DNA from: Clostridia bacterium
GTDB taxonomy: Bacteria; Bacillota; Clostridia; Oscillospirales; QAKW01
Reading direction: 5' to 3'
Length of the DNA: 64,000 nt
NCBI GenBank assembly: GCA_017937065.1
Contig: JAGBEI010000013.1
Coordinates: forward strand, 95,333-159,332
Positions within the stretch are counted from its first letter, which is position 1, and each line of letters starts with the position of its first letter. Both the position numbers and the translations under genes were made by a program. The notes below the pieces were generated by a model. The model made no database searches. It was not told the origin of the DNA and saw only the letters and a program-made list of their open reading frames with translations. Of the stretch, positions 35,461 to 45,641 are shown one piece after another.

Positions 35461-36672
35461 ATGAAAATTTACGACGAGCTGGTCGCGCGCGGACTTATCG
35501 CGCAGGTGACCGACGAGAAGGAAATACGCGAGCTTATTGACAACGGCAAAGCCACCTTTTATATCGGCTTTGACCCGACGGCAGACTCGCTGCATGTGGG
35601 GCACTTCATGGCGCTGTGCCTTATGAAAAGACTGCAGATGGCAGGAAACCGCCCGATTGCGCTGCTGGGCGGCGGCACGGGCATGGTGGGCGACCCGTCG
35701 GGCAGGACGGACATGCGCAAAATGCTGACAAAAGAGGACATCGACCGCAACATAGAGTGCTTTAAAAAGCAGATGAGCAGGTTTATCGAGTTCGGCGAGG
35801 GCAAGGCGATGATGGTAAACAACGCCGACTGGCTGATGGACTTAAACTATGTCGGGCTGCTGCGCGACGTGGGCGCATGCTTTTCGGTAAACAATATGCT
35901 GCGCGCGGAGTGTTACAAGCAGAGAATGGAAAAGGGGCTTTCCTTCCTTGAATTCAACTATATGATTATGCAGAGCTACGACTTTTACCACCTGTATCAA
36001 AACTACGGCTGCAACATGCAGTTCGGCGGCGACGACCAGTGGTCCAACATGCTGGGCGGCACCGAGCTTATCCGCAAAAAGCTGGGCAAAGACGCGTACG
36101 CCATGACAATCACGCTGCTCATGAACTCGGAGGGCAAAAAGATGGGCAAGACGGCAAACGGCGCCGTGTGGCTCGACCCGAAAAAGACCAGCCCCTACGA
36201 TTTCTATCAGTACTGGCGCAATGTCGCCGACAGCGACGTTCTGCGCTGTATCAGAATGCTCACCTTCCTGCCGCTTGAGCAGATTGATGAGATGGATAAG
36301 TGGGAGGGCGCACAGCTCAACCGCGCAAAGGAAATTTTAGCATACGAGCTGACAAGCCTTGTCCACGGCAGGGACGAGGCGGAAAAGGCGCAGACGACGG
36401 CGCGCGCGCTGTTTTCGGGCGGCGCGGACAGTTCGGACATGCCGACGGCAAGCGTACACGTCGAGGACGAAATTTCCATTCTCGACCTCATGGTTCAGGG
36501 CGGCATCGCACCGTCAAAATCGGAAGCACGCAGGCTTGTCACGCAGGGCGGCGTGTCACTCAACGACTTAAAAATCGACAATCCCAACCGTATTCTGACG
36601 CAGGACGAGCTCAAAAACGAGCCTGTGCTCAAAAAGGGGAAAAAGAACTTTTATAAGATAATAGTTGAATAA
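35461..36672 (+). CDS. tyrS: Tyrosine--tRNA ligase
   Basis: Start at MKIYDELVARG after AAAGGAG. HIGH-type motif (LHVGHF), KMSKS-type motif (KMGKT) and a C-terminal S4 domain. The track ORF start at 35353 lies inside the T-box and is rejected. Confidence 0.92.
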   Translation: MKIYDELVARGLIAQVTDEKEIRELIDNGKATFYIGFDPTADSLHVGHFMALCLMKRLQMAGNRPIALLGGGTGMVGDPSGRTDMRKMLTKEDIDRNIECFKKQMSRFIEFGEGKAMMVNNADWLMDLNYVGLLRDVGACFSVNNMLRAECYKQRMEKGLSFLEFNYMIMQSYDFYHLYQNYGCNMQFGGDDQWSNMLGGTELIRKKLGKDAYAMTITLLMNSEGKKMGKTANGAVWLDPKKTSPYDFYQYWRNVADSDVLRCIRMLTFLPLEQIDEMDKWEGAQLNRAKEILAYELTSLVHGRDEAEKAQTTARALFSGGADSSDMPTASVHVEDEISILDLMVQGGIAPSKSEARRLVTQGGVSLNDLKIDNPNRILTQDELKNEPVLKKGKKNFYKIIVE

Positions 36673-36678
36673 AATCAA

Positions 36679-36731
36679 GGTCACTTCCATATAATTTGGT
36701 GTAATACAAAGTATAGGAAGTGACTTTTTTT
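36679..36731 (+). terminator. Rho-independent terminator after tyrS
   Basis: GGTCACTTCC...GGAAGTGAC long hairpin followed by TTTTTTT. Confidence 0.7.
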
Positions 36732-37538
36732 ATGGAAGAATACACACGCGACTCCTTCAGGGCGATACGCGATGAAATGGCGCACGCCCAGCAGCAGCGG
36801 CGCGGTTCTGTTTTTATAACAATACTGATAATCATAATTTTTGCGGCGGCGGGCGTATTTTACGTGAAAACCTCCAAGCCGCAGCTGTGGAACAGTGCCG
36901 TTGAGTACATAAAAAATATATCCGTCGGCGGAAAAAGCCTTGAGACAATCGGCAGCGCACTTTTCAACAAAGCGTCTCAGGATAAAGCGGAACAGGATAA
37001 AGAAGAAGCTCCCCCGCAGACAACCGAAAACACGGCAGGCGAATCGGGCGATATGCTGCTCACCGCGGATAACCTGAGCTTTGACTATCTTTCCGAGCCG
37101 CTGAAAATCGACCTTTTAAACAACGGCACAGAGCTATCTGCCGACAGTGCCGTGCCCGTCATGAACGCAACCGTAACATCTGATTTCGGCAGCAGAACAG
37201 ACCCCGTAACGGGCGAAAAGAGCGCGGGGCACCACGGGATTGACCTTGCCGCCTCACCCGGCAGTGAAATAGTCGCGTTTATGGGCGGCACCGTTGCCGA
37301 AACCGGAAAAAACGATATATACGGCAATTACGTACTTATAAATCACGGTTCAGAGCTGTCCAGCTTTTACGGGCACATGTCCGAGGTGACGGTAAGCGAA
37401 GGTGATAAGGTGTCCGCCGGCGACAATATAGGAATTATCGGCTCTACCGGCAAAAGCACGGGCGTTCACCTGCACTTTGAGGTACGCGTAAACGGCGAGC
37501 GGGTTGACCCTGCGCCCTACATTTACGAAAAAATATGA
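36732..37538 (+). CDS. M23-family (LytM-like) peptidase, SpoIVFA-position
   Basis: Start set at ATG 36732 because the track GTG at 36720 sits inside the terminator stem. One TM segment. HHGIDLAA...GSTGKSTGVHLHFEV are the M23 zinc motifs. Confidence 0.75.
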   Translation: MEEYTRDSFRAIRDEMAHAQQQRRGSVFITILIIIIFAAAGVFYVKTSKPQLWNSAVEYIKNISVGGKSLETIGSALFNKASQDKAEQDKEEAPPQTTENTAGESGDMLLTADNLSFDYLSEPLKIDLLNNGTELSADSAVPVMNATVTSDFGSRTDPVTGEKSAGHHGIDLAASPGSEIVAFMGGTVAETGKNDIYGNYVLINHGSELSSFYGHMSEVTVSEGDKVSAGDNIGIIGSTGKSTGVHLHFEVRVNGERVDPAPYIYEKI

Positions 37539-38116
37539 AGAAATACAGAATATCGCCGCTGACGCTGATGCTGATGGCGGCGTTTATTGTTATCGACGGC
37601 TCATGGTTTGCGCTGTATGCCGTTTTATGCGCACTGTGGCATGAGAGCTTTCACATAATCGCGCTTAAAATTCTCGGCGGCAGCACGCGCTCTGTCACTG
37701 TAAGCCAGTACGGAATAGGGCTTAAAACAACGCAGCTGAGCTATAAGCATGAAGCGGCGGTTGCTTTAGCCGGGCCGCTGGCAAGCCTTGCTGCGTTTGT
37801 TTTTTTCGCGGCGCTTGCACGTTTTTTTATTTTCAGCGAAGCCACCGTTTTTCTTACGGTCTCCAACCTTGCTGTTTTTGCAGTAAACGTACTGCCCGTT
37901 TATCCGCTGGACGGCGGGAGGGCGATGCACTGCTTTTTCTGCATGAAATTTGACATGCAAAAGGCAGGCAGACTTACAAAAATAATATCCGTTATATTTC
38001 TGTTGCCCCTTGCGGTATTTTCTGTTATAATACTTATCAGAACAGGCTATAACCTGTCGCTTATGCTGATATGCATTTATCTTGCCATACTGCTTATAGG
38101 AGTTAAGGATATATGA
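37535..38116 (+). CDS. M50-family site-2 metalloprotease (short SpoIVFB-like)
   Basis: 193 aa, polytopic. HESFH (HExxH) lies in a TM helix, with a downstream LDGG motif (YPLDGGRA). ATGA overlap with the M23 gene. Confidence 0.65.
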   Translation: MKKYRISPLTLMLMAAFIVIDGSWFALYAVLCALWHESFHIIALKILGGSTRSVTVSQYGIGLKTTQLSYKHEAAVALAGPLASLAAFVFFAALARFFIFSEATVFLTVSNLAVFAVNVLPVYPLDGGRAMHCFFCMKFDMQKAGRLTKIISVIFLLPLAVFSVIILIRTGYNLSLMLICIYLAILLIGVKDI

Positions 38117-39981
38117 AAATCGACATGAATTCACTGCATGAAATGCTGCTTTCCGTGCAAAAGCCCGCACGTTATACGGGCGGCGAGCTTTTTGAGTGTG
38201 TGAAAAACGAACGGGAAGTCGACGTGCGCTTTGCGTTCTGCTTCCCCGATATATACGATATCGCAATGTCCTGCCTGGGATACAGGATACTTTACGGCGC
38301 GATAAACGAGCATAAAAATTTCTGGTGCGAGCGGGTCATGCAGCCGTGGCCCGATTTTGAAAAGGCGCTGACCGACAACGGCGTGCCGCTTTACTCGCTT
38401 GAGAGCAAAACGCCGCTCAGCGAGTTTGACATCATCGGCTTTACTCTCCAGTACGAGATGTGCTATACCACCGTTTTGAATATGCTCAGACTCGGAAACG
38501 TGCCGCTTTATTCAAATAAGCGGCAGGGGCTTAAAAACCTTGTAATCGCGGGCGGGCCGTGCGCATACAACCCTGAGCCGCTTGCGGAATTTATCGACCT
38601 TTTCTGTATCGGCGAGGGCGAAACGCAGCTGACAGAGCTGTGTACGCTGTATGACAGGGCGGTAAAGGGCGGCTGGGACAAAAAGCGGTTTTTAAAGGAA
38701 GCGATGAATATTACGGGCGTATACGCTCCCGCGCTTTACAGGACGGAATACAATGACGACGGCACCATCTCGGCATTTACGCCGACAGAGGCGGGCGTGC
38801 CCACAAAAATAACAAAGCGAATCGAGCAGGACCTTGATTCCATGTATTTTCCAAAAACGCAGATAGTGCCGTACATAGACGTCGTGCACGACCGCGTGAC
38901 GATAGAGCTCTTCCGCGGCTGTATCCGCGGCTGCCGCTTCTGTCAGGCGGGTATGCTGTGCCGACCGCTGCGCGTTAAAAGCGTTGAGACGCTGACGCGC
39001 CAGGCAAGTGAGCTTTTGGAATGTACGGGACACGACCAGCTCTCGCTCTGCTCGCTGTCATCAAGCGACTACCCCGAAATCGAGCGGCTGGTGGACGAGC
39101 TTTTAAAGCTGACGGAGCATAAAAAAATCAATCTGTCCATGCCGTCGCTGAGAATAGATAATTTTTCAAAGGAGCTTGCCGAAAAAATAACCCGCGTCAA
39201 AAAATCCACCTTTACGTTTGCGCCGGAGGCGGGCTCTCAGCGCCTGCGCGACGTTATCAACAAAAACGTAACGGTGGAGGACATAGATCGCAGCTGCAAA
39301 ATGTCGTTTGAGAACGGCAATTCGTCCGTTAAGCTGTATTTCATGATAGGACTGCCGACCGAGACAAATGACGACGTTGCGGCAATCGCCGACCTGTCGG
39401 CGCACGTTGTCGATATCTTTTTCAGCGTGGACAAGTCCAAGAGAAACAGGCACGTGACGATCACCTCCTCCGCGTCGATTTTTGTGCCCAAGCCCTTCAC
39501 TCCGTTCCAGTGGGAGGCTCAGGACACCTTGGAGCAGGTTTTTGAAAAGCAGGCGCTGCTGAAAGAAAAATTCAAAGGGATAAAGGCGCAGATTGCAACG
39601 CACGAGCCGTACATGTCCGAGATAGAGGCAGTGCTGGCGCGCGGTGACAGGCGTCTGTGCTCCGTGCTGTACGAAATGAGCAAGAGCGGCGCGCGGCTTG
39701 AAGCATGGGACGAATTTTTTGACAGGCAGGCATGGAATGCCGCGTTTTTCAAATGCGGCGTTGACAAGGATTTTTATGCGCACCGCAAACGCGGCTTTGA
39801 CGAAATACTGCCGTGGGATTTCATCGACGCGGGAGTTACAAAAAAGTATCTCAAAAAAGAGGCGGAAAACGCCTATTCGGGAAAAACAACCCGCAACTGC
39901 GCCGAGGGCTGCACCGGCTGCGGCGCGGCAAGACTGACCAAAGGAGGCAAATGCGATGAAGGAATATGTCCCGTTTACTGA
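38113..39981 (+). CDS. TIGR03960-type B12-binding-domain radical SAM protein
   Basis: 622 aa. Radical SAM cluster CIRGCRFCQAG and a C-terminal Cys cluster CAEGCTGCG. ATGA overlap with the M50 gene. Confidence 0.75.
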   Translation: MKIDMNSLHEMLLSVQKPARYTGGELFECVKNEREVDVRFAFCFPDIYDIAMSCLGYRILYGAINEHKNFWCERVMQPWPDFEKALTDNGVPLYSLESKTPLSEFDIIGFTLQYEMCYTTVLNMLRLGNVPLYSNKRQGLKNLVIAGGPCAYNPEPLAEFIDLFCIGEGETQLTELCTLYDRAVKGGWDKKRFLKEAMNITGVYAPALYRTEYNDDGTISAFTPTEAGVPTKITKRIEQDLDSMYFPKTQIVPYIDVVHDRVTIELFRGCIRGCRFCQAGMLCRPLRVKSVETLTRQASELLECTGHDQLSLCSLSSSDYPEIERLVDELLKLTEHKKINLSMPSLRIDNFSKELAEKITRVKKSTFTFAPEAGSQRLRDVINKNVTVEDIDRSCKMSFENGNSSVKLYFMIGLPTETNDDVAAIADLSAHVVDIFFSVDKSKRNRHVTITSSASIFVPKPFTPFQWEAQDTLEQVFEKQALLKEKFKGIKAQIATHEPYMSEIEAVLARGDRRLCSVLYEMSKSGARLEAWDEFFDRQAWNAAFFKCGVDKDFYAHRKRGFDEILPWDFIDAGVTKKYLKKEAENAYSGKTTRNCAEGCTGCGAARLTKGGKCDEGICPVY

Positions 39982-40606
39982 TGTGCGCGCCGTGTTTGAA
40001 AAGACGGGTGCCGCGAAGTATTTTTCGCATCTTGACCTCACCCGCACCGTCTCCCGCGCGCTGCGCCGCTCGCGCCTTGATATCTGGATGACCGAGGGGT
40101 TTTCGCCCCGCCCGCACCTGGTATTTACACCGCCGCTTTCTCTGGGCTACGAAAGCGTGTGTGAGATTATGGATTTTCGGCTGAATTTGGGCGCCGAGCT
40201 TGATAAGGACGCATTTATAAGCTCATTCCCGCCGGCGCTCAGTATAAAGGATGTCTATTTCCCCGAACGAAAGCTGAAGGAAATAGAGTATGCCGGATAC
40301 ACGCTCACCCTTCGGGCGGACAAGCCGGCAGAGCAGATTTCAGCGCTTTTCTCGGCGCCCGTTATGCTGCTTAAAAAAACAAAACGCTCGGAGCAGATTG
40401 TAGATATAACAAAATTTATAAAATCTCTTGACCTTTCAGAAAATAATGGTATCATTAAAATGTCCGCAGTACTCAGCTGTTCGGGCAGCGAAAGTCTGAG
40501 CCCTGCATACCTCATTTCGGCGCTTGCCGAAAACGGTATCACGGCTGAAAACATATCAGTCTGCCGAACCGCTTTTTACGACGGGACAATGAATATTTTC
40601 AGATGA
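39956..40606 (+). CDS. TIGR03936/DUF2344-type radical-SAM-associated protein
   Basis: 216 aa with a 26-nt overlap on the radical SAM gene. The N-terminus (VRAVFEKTGAAKYFSHLDLTRTVSRALRRS) is typical of DUF2344. Confidence 0.7.
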   Translation: MKEYVPFTDVRAVFEKTGAAKYFSHLDLTRTVSRALRRSRLDIWMTEGFSPRPHLVFTPPLSLGYESVCEIMDFRLNLGAELDKDAFISSFPPALSIKDVYFPERKLKEIEYAGYTLTLRADKPAEQISALFSAPVMLLKKTKRSEQIVDITKFIKSLDLSENNGIIKMSAVLSCSGSESLSPAYLISALAENGITAENISVCRTAFYDGTMNIFR

Positions 40607-40660
40607 CCGCGCGCAAGCTCAAACGCACGGCGTCAAAAAAAGACAAACGAGGTATATGCT

Positions 40661-41797
40661 ATGGACATTCCCGCACATCTTCACGAGCTTAAATGCACAC
40701 CCGCAGTATTTGCGGTCAAGGACTGCTACCAGATAATGGTCGCTGCAAGAACGGACGTTTTATTCTGGGTCACGGTGGACGGCGTTGACTATCACGACCA
40801 TTCCAACGGAATTATCCGCTCCTCCACACGCATGCACAGAGTAAACGTGCCGATGGAGGCGCTTGACAAGGCGGGCGAGTACACTATAAACTACCGCAGG
40901 ATTATAGAGCGCAAGCCCTACTTCCCCACAACGGAGGAGCCGGTCTCGGCAACCTACAAGTTCAAGCCCGTAAATCCGAGCGGCCCGATAAGGATTTATC
41001 ATCTGTCAGACACGCACGGCAGCTTCACACTTCCGTCGCAGGCGGGCAGCTATTTCGGAGATGATATCGACCTGCTCATTCTCAACGGTGATATTCCCGA
41101 CCACAGCGGAAATATCAAAAATTTTGACCTTATTTTCGAGCTCTGCGAGAGCATCACGGGCGGTCAGCGCCCCTGTATCTTCTCGCGCGGCAACCATGAT
41201 ACCCGCGGTTTCTACGCCGAGAACATCGCAGAATACACACCCACTGAGGCGGGGCACTCGTATTTTACTTTCAGACTGGGCAGAATTTGGGGTATTGTAA
41301 TGGACTGCGGCGAGGACAAAACGGACGACCATGCGGAATACGGTCATACCGTTGCCTGCCACGAGTTTCGGCTTGAGGAAACAAAATATCTTGAAAAAAT
41401 TATCAAAAATGCCGACGAGGAATACCTGGCAGACGGTGTTGAATACAGATTTGTCATTGTACATAATCCGTTTTCATATACCATCAATCCTCCGTTTGAC
41501 ATTGAGCAGCCGCTTTTCAAAAAATGGCTGGATCTGCTTGAGGAAAACGTAAAGCCTCAGGTGATGATTTCAGGGCATCTGCATTCTCTGACAATAAGCC
41601 ACAAGGGCGGCCCGCTTGACAGCAAGGGTCAGATATGCCCCGTTATCGTAGGCTCAAGAGAAACGCGCGACGAGCGCAGACGCATGGTAGACTTTACAGG
41701 CTGCGCCATGACCGTTGACGGAAACAAAATGAAGGTTGAGTTTACCAACAAGGATCATGAGGTCAAGGGCGGCGAAACAATCGAGCTTATAAAATGA
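40661..41797 (+). CDS. Metallophosphoesterase (calcineurin-like)
   Basis: 378 aa with SDTHG, NGDIPDH, GNHD and GHLH motifs. Confidence 0.75.
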   Translation: MDIPAHLHELKCTPAVFAVKDCYQIMVAARTDVLFWVTVDGVDYHDHSNGIIRSSTRMHRVNVPMEALDKAGEYTINYRRIIERKPYFPTTEEPVSATYKFKPVNPSGPIRIYHLSDTHGSFTLPSQAGSYFGDDIDLLILNGDIPDHSGNIKNFDLIFELCESITGGQRPCIFSRGNHDTRGFYAENIAEYTPTEAGHSYFTFRLGRIWGIVMDCGEDKTDDHAEYGHTVACHEFRLEETKYLEKIIKNADEEYLADGVEYRFVIVHNPFSYTINPPFDIEQPLFKKWLDLLEENVKPQVMISGHLHSLTISHKGGPLDSKGQICPVIVGSRETRDERRRMVDFTGCAMTVDGNKMKVEFTNKDHEVKGGETIELIK

Positions 41798-41889
41798 CAA
41801 CAGTGTCTAAGACTTTTGCATATTAAGAAACCCGAAGCGGAATACGGATAAAAGTATACCCGATTCAACTATTGCGGAGAAAAACTGAA

Positions 41890-42438
41890 ATGAAGAATAT
41901 CAATAAAAATACCGTTATATCTGTTATTTTTACGGTAACAATGATTATCGGCATTACGGTATGCTGTATCTGCGATATTGCAATAACGGGAGCTTTGACA
42001 TGGTCTCTTACAGCGTTGAGCTCTATCATATTCGCATGGATAATTTCTTTTCCCATAATATTATCGGGTAAAAGAGGGATTTTGGGCGCAATACTTTCAC
42101 TCAGCATTTTTATAATTCCCTTTTTGTATATAATGAGCATTCTCGTAAATAACACGGCTGTCTTTCGCATAGGTTCAATCGTGTCAATTCCTTCATTGAT
42201 TTATATGTGGACAGTTTATGCTTTATATACTCGTTTCGGAAACAGAAGAATGCTGGCGACGGGAATTTCTTTTTTCCTTGCTGTTCCCTTCATGTTTTCA
42301 GTCAATATGCTATTATGGAAAATGATAGCCGAACCGATACTTGATATATGGGATATACTGTCTGCGTTTATATTATTGACGGCAGCATTTTCGTTTATAT
42401 TCGGGGATTATGCACGCAACAGGAAAATTTCAAAATAA
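41890..42438 (+). CDS. Hypothetical polytopic membrane protein (AT-rich gene)
   Basis: Start set at ATG 41890, 9 nt after GGAGA. About 6 hydrophobic helices. No motif recognised. Confidence 0.5.
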   Translation: MKNINKNTVISVIFTVTMIIGITVCCICDIAITGALTWSLTALSSIIFAWIISFPIILSGKRGILGAILSLSIFIIPFLYIMSILVNNTAVFRIGSIVSIPSLIYMWTVYALYTRFGNRRMLATGISFFLAVPFMFSVNMLLWKMIAEPILDIWDILSAFILLTAAFSFIFGDYARNRKISK

Positions 42439-42503
42439 TGAGCCTGCCCCATGCGTATTCGGACTACTCAATTTGCGGCACTGATATAAAAAATTAAATC
42501 AAC

Positions 42504-42540
42504 AAAAAATCACCGGCTTTGAAAGCCGGTGATTTTTATT
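42504..42540. terminator. Bidirectional rho-independent terminator
   Basis: AAAAAATCACCGGCTTT-G-AAAGCCGGTGATTTTT. Confidence 0.9.
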
Positions 42541-42541
42541 T

Positions 42542-43642
42542 TTACCCGAATAGCTTTACTGCTTTTTCAAGGTCGTCGCGTATAAAAATATGCTGAGGGC
42601 AGATGTTCTCGCACTTACCGCACTTTATACACAGCTCTGCCTTGCCGTCAAGGTCGGCATAACGGCGCTTTGCGCGCCCTTCATCATTAAACATCGCATA
42701 CTCGTTCATCAGGGCAAAGTTTGCGGGAATGTCTACTCCCGCCGGACAGGGCATGCAGTAACGGCATTTCGTACAGGTATTAAATCGGGACTGACGCACC
42801 CTTTCGGCGACAAGCTCAACCGTGTCAAGCTCTGACTTATCAAATACCTTGAAGTCGTCAAAGGTCTTTAGATTATCCGTAACATGCTCCATTGCAGACA
42901 TTCCGCTGAGCACCGTTTTAATCGCCTCATGGCTTGCCACCCAGCCCAGCGCCCACGCCGCAGGCGAGCGGTCGTCGTGCTCACGGAACACGCTTTTTAT
43001 ATCATCTCTGAGGTTTATCAGCGAGCCGCCGCGGATAGGCTCCATCGCAATGACAGAGATTTTGCGCTCCTCACACAGCTTAACGCCGCGCCTGCCCGCC
43101 TGATATTCGGTATCCATATAATTATATTGTACCTGACAAAAATCCCAGTCGCGGTAATTGATAATATCCTCAAACACATTATAGCTGTCGTGAAAGCTAA
43201 AGCCCAGATGACGTATTTTTCCCTGCTTTTTAAGCCCGTCAAAAAGCTCATACAGTCCCAGCTTCCGTATAAGCTCAAACCTGTCGCGGTTAAGCGCATG
43301 AAACAGGTAAAAATCCACATGGTCGATCTGAAGCTTTTTAAGCTGACCCTCAAATATTTCAACAGCCTTTTCGCGGCTGTCCACTGCCCACATCGGCAGC
43401 TTTGTCGCTATGTAAAAGCTGTCACGCGGGTATTGCGACAGAAACTGACCGACAAACTCCTCGCTCTCACCGTCATGATAGGGGTATGCCGTATCAAAAT
43501 AATTCACTCCGCTGTCATATGCGAGCCTCAGCATCTCTCCCGCCCTTTCACGGTCGATTTTACCGTCCCTTGTCGGAAAGCGCATACAGCCGAAACCGAG
43601 CAGTGACACGCTCTCGCCGCACATGTTTCTTTTGGTCATCAT
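42542..43642 (-). CDS. Aldo/keto reductase fused to a C-terminal 2x[4Fe-4S] ferredoxin-like domain
   Basis: 366 aa. AKR N-terminus (LGFGCMRFP; YFDTAYPYHDGESE) and C-terminal CTKCRYCMPCP and CIKCGKCENICP motifs. Confidence 0.8.
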   Translation of the reverse strand: MMTKRNMCGESVSLLGFGCMRFPTRDGKIDRERAGEMLRLAYDSGVNYFDTAYPYHDGESEEFVGQFLSQYPRDSFYIATKLPMWAVDSREKAVEIFEGQLKKLQIDHVDFYLFHALNRDRFELIRKLGLYELFDGLKKQGKIRHLGFSFHDSYNVFEDIINYRDWDFCQVQYNYMDTEYQAGRRGVKLCEERKISVIAMEPIRGGSLINLRDDIKSVFREHDDRSPAAWALGWVASHEAIKTVLSGMSAMEHVTDNLKTFDDFKVFDKSELDTVELVAERVRQSRFNTCTKCRYCMPCPAGVDIPANFALMNEYAMFNDEGRAKRRYADLDGKAELCIKCGKCENICPQHIFIRDDLEKAVKLFG

Positions 43643-44172
43643 AGTATAACATCACACCTCTCTCTTATATTGTAATTGTTGAAATACTTATTTTCAAGCG
43701 GTATCCACATATTTTCAAACATCTTCAGACCTTCGGCGCTCTCCCGCCTGCAAAGCCGAAGCCTTTGCTCCTCTGCCGAAATTTCACAAAACACCTTTAT
43801 ATCAAGCACGTCCGGAAGACACGGATGACAGCAGTATGTTCCCTCTATTATGTAAATATCACTTTTTAAAATTTCTGTCTGTTTTACTATAAGCTGCTTT
43901 TTGCAGTCAAACACACCGTAGCATACAGTGCGTCCCTGCTGCAACGGCAGCAGTACCTCCTTTACAAAGCGGGCTTCATCAATGTTTATGCGTTCATGCC
44001 CCGTGCGGGCGGCACGGGGTATAAAAAAATCGTCGGTATGTATAACGGGTGCGCGAAGCTTTTCGGACAGGCTTTGAGCCAGCGTCGTCTTACCCGCCGC
44101 ACACATGCCGTCAATCCCGATTATAAGCGGGCGCTTGTTTGCATTTTCAATCAATTTTAAAAGCCCGTTCAT
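43639..44172 (-). CDS. P-loop kinase (uridine kinase-like / AAA-family ATPase)
   Basis: 177 aa with the Walker A motif GIDGMCAAGKTT. Substrate unknown. Confidence 0.5.
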   Translation of the reverse strand: MNGLLKLIENANKRPLIIGIDGMCAAGKTTLAQSLSEKLRAPVIHTDDFFIPRAARTGHERINIDEARFVKEVLLPLQQGRTVCYGVFDCKKQLIVKQTEILKSDIYIIEGTYCCHPCLPDVLDIKVFCEISAEEQRLRLCRRESAEGLKMFENMWIPLENKYFNNYNIRERCDVIL

Positions 44173-45641
44173 TTCAGCTTCACCGCCGTAAAATTACCGA
44201 AGCTGTTCCACGGTGACATATCGCAAAAGCCCGTGATGTTTTTATCGCAGTACATAACATTTTTTCTGAAAACAACCGGTATTAACGGCATTTTCTCAGA
44301 AAACGCGGACAGATATTCCGAAAGCGAAATCTCACCGTTTTTGAGCTTTTCGTACTCCGCGTCAAGCCCCTCGTCCGAAAAGCCCAAATAATTCATACTT
44401 CCGCCGGTTTTATATAAAAACGTAGGGTCCATCGTGCGTGAAATTGCAGTCTCACCGAGATACAAATCATACGCACCGCTTTTGACCGCCGCTTCAAACT
44501 CATCGGGCGCCGCTTCCGTAATATTAATCGTCACCTGCGCGGACTTCAGATTTTCCGCTATCCCGTCGGCGACTGCCTTTTTTATATCACTGCCCGACGG
44601 CACAAGCATGCTGAAGGTTTTACCGCTGAGCAGCGGCGTCGGGTTTTCCGCATCGGGCACGGATGAGGGCATCTGGGACATACGGTACCAGCACGGATTA
44701 AACGGATACCGCGCAGGGTCGGCAAGACCGACAAGCGACTGCTCGGCAAGCCTGTCGCGGTCTAAAGCAACGGACAGCGCACGGCGCACGGCAGGGTCGG
44801 AAAGAAATTCACTCGCGTAATTTACGCCGATATATATGAGATTATTTGACGGGGCGCTTATTATCGAGTAATCGCGCATCGACGTCAGCGACAGGCTGCT
44901 GCTCTGCGCGGATGAAATAACGTCTAGCTCGCCGGCTGAAAACAGATTTGTAATATTCTCGTCATTTTTGGTTTCCACCAAATATATTACAGGTACATTT
45001 GCACGCTCGAAATACTGCTCGTTTACAACAAGCACGTTTTTGCCGTTTTTCTCTGAAAATACATACGGACCGCAGCCGATACCCGCCTCACCGTTTTTCA
45101 TGACGGGAATATCCAGCATTGCCTCAACGTCACCGACCTGCCTGGAGAAAACGCACACAAATGTTTGCTCGTCCTGGGCATAGTACCGCGTCATACAGCT
45201 TGTCTGACGGTTATAGGGTGAACCGGCATTATTTTTTGCTGTATCAAAGCTCTTGACAACGTCTGTCGCCGTTACGGCAGACCCGTCGGAAAACACAAGA
45301 CCGGAACGCAGCTTGACAGTGACGGTTGTCTCATCGCGCGTAAAGCTCTCCGCCAGCACGCAGTAGGGCTTAAATGTATCGTCAACGCGCACAAGCGGGC
45401 TGTAAATCAGCTTTAAAAGCTCACTGTTGGCATAGCAGGTGGTGGTGACGGGGTTTGTGTCCATGTCCTTATAATACAGAACGGACATTTCTGTTTTTAC
45501 AGCTTCTTCGCTGTCCTGCTGATTGTTCTCGCTGTCTACATACGCGCCCAGAACCGACGACTGCGGATCGACAACCGCGTCACAGCCACACAACAGCATG
45601 ACAAGCGCCGTTATTAAAATTAAAATCCTAAGTTTTTTCAT
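44169..45641 (-). CDS. ABC-transporter substrate-binding lipoprotein, family 5 (peptide/nickel type)
   Basis: 490 aa. Lipobox LLCG-C. General SBP_bac_5 pattern, judged by resemblance only. Confidence 0.6.
   Translation of the reverse strand: MKKLRILILITALVMLLCGCDAVVDPQSSVLGAYVDSENNQQDSEEAVKTEMSVLYYKDMDTNPVTTTCYANSELLKLIYSPLVRVDDTFKPYCVLAESFTRDETTVTVKLRSGLVFSDGSAVTATDVVKSFDTAKNNAGSPYNRQTSCMTRYYAQDEQTFVCVFSRQVGDVEAMLDIPVMKNGEAGIGCGPYVFSEKNGKNVLVVNEQYFERANVPVIYLVETKNDENITNLFSAGELDVISSAQSSSLSLTSMRDYSIISAPSNNLIYIGVNYASEFLSDPAVRRALSVALDRDRLAEQSLVGLADPARYPFNPCWYRMSQMPSSVPDAENPTPLLSGKTFSMLVPSGSDIKKAVADGIAENLKSAQVTINITEAAPDEFEAAVKSGAYDLYLGETAISRTMDPTFLYKTGGSMNYLGFSDEGLDAEYEKLKNGEISLSEYLSAFSEKMPLIPVVFRKNVMYCDKNITGFCDMSPWNSFGNFTAVKLK

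Noticed and set aside
39166-40047. A 293-aa minus-strand ORF.
   Set aside because: It is antisense to the TIGR03960 radical SAM gene. No motif.
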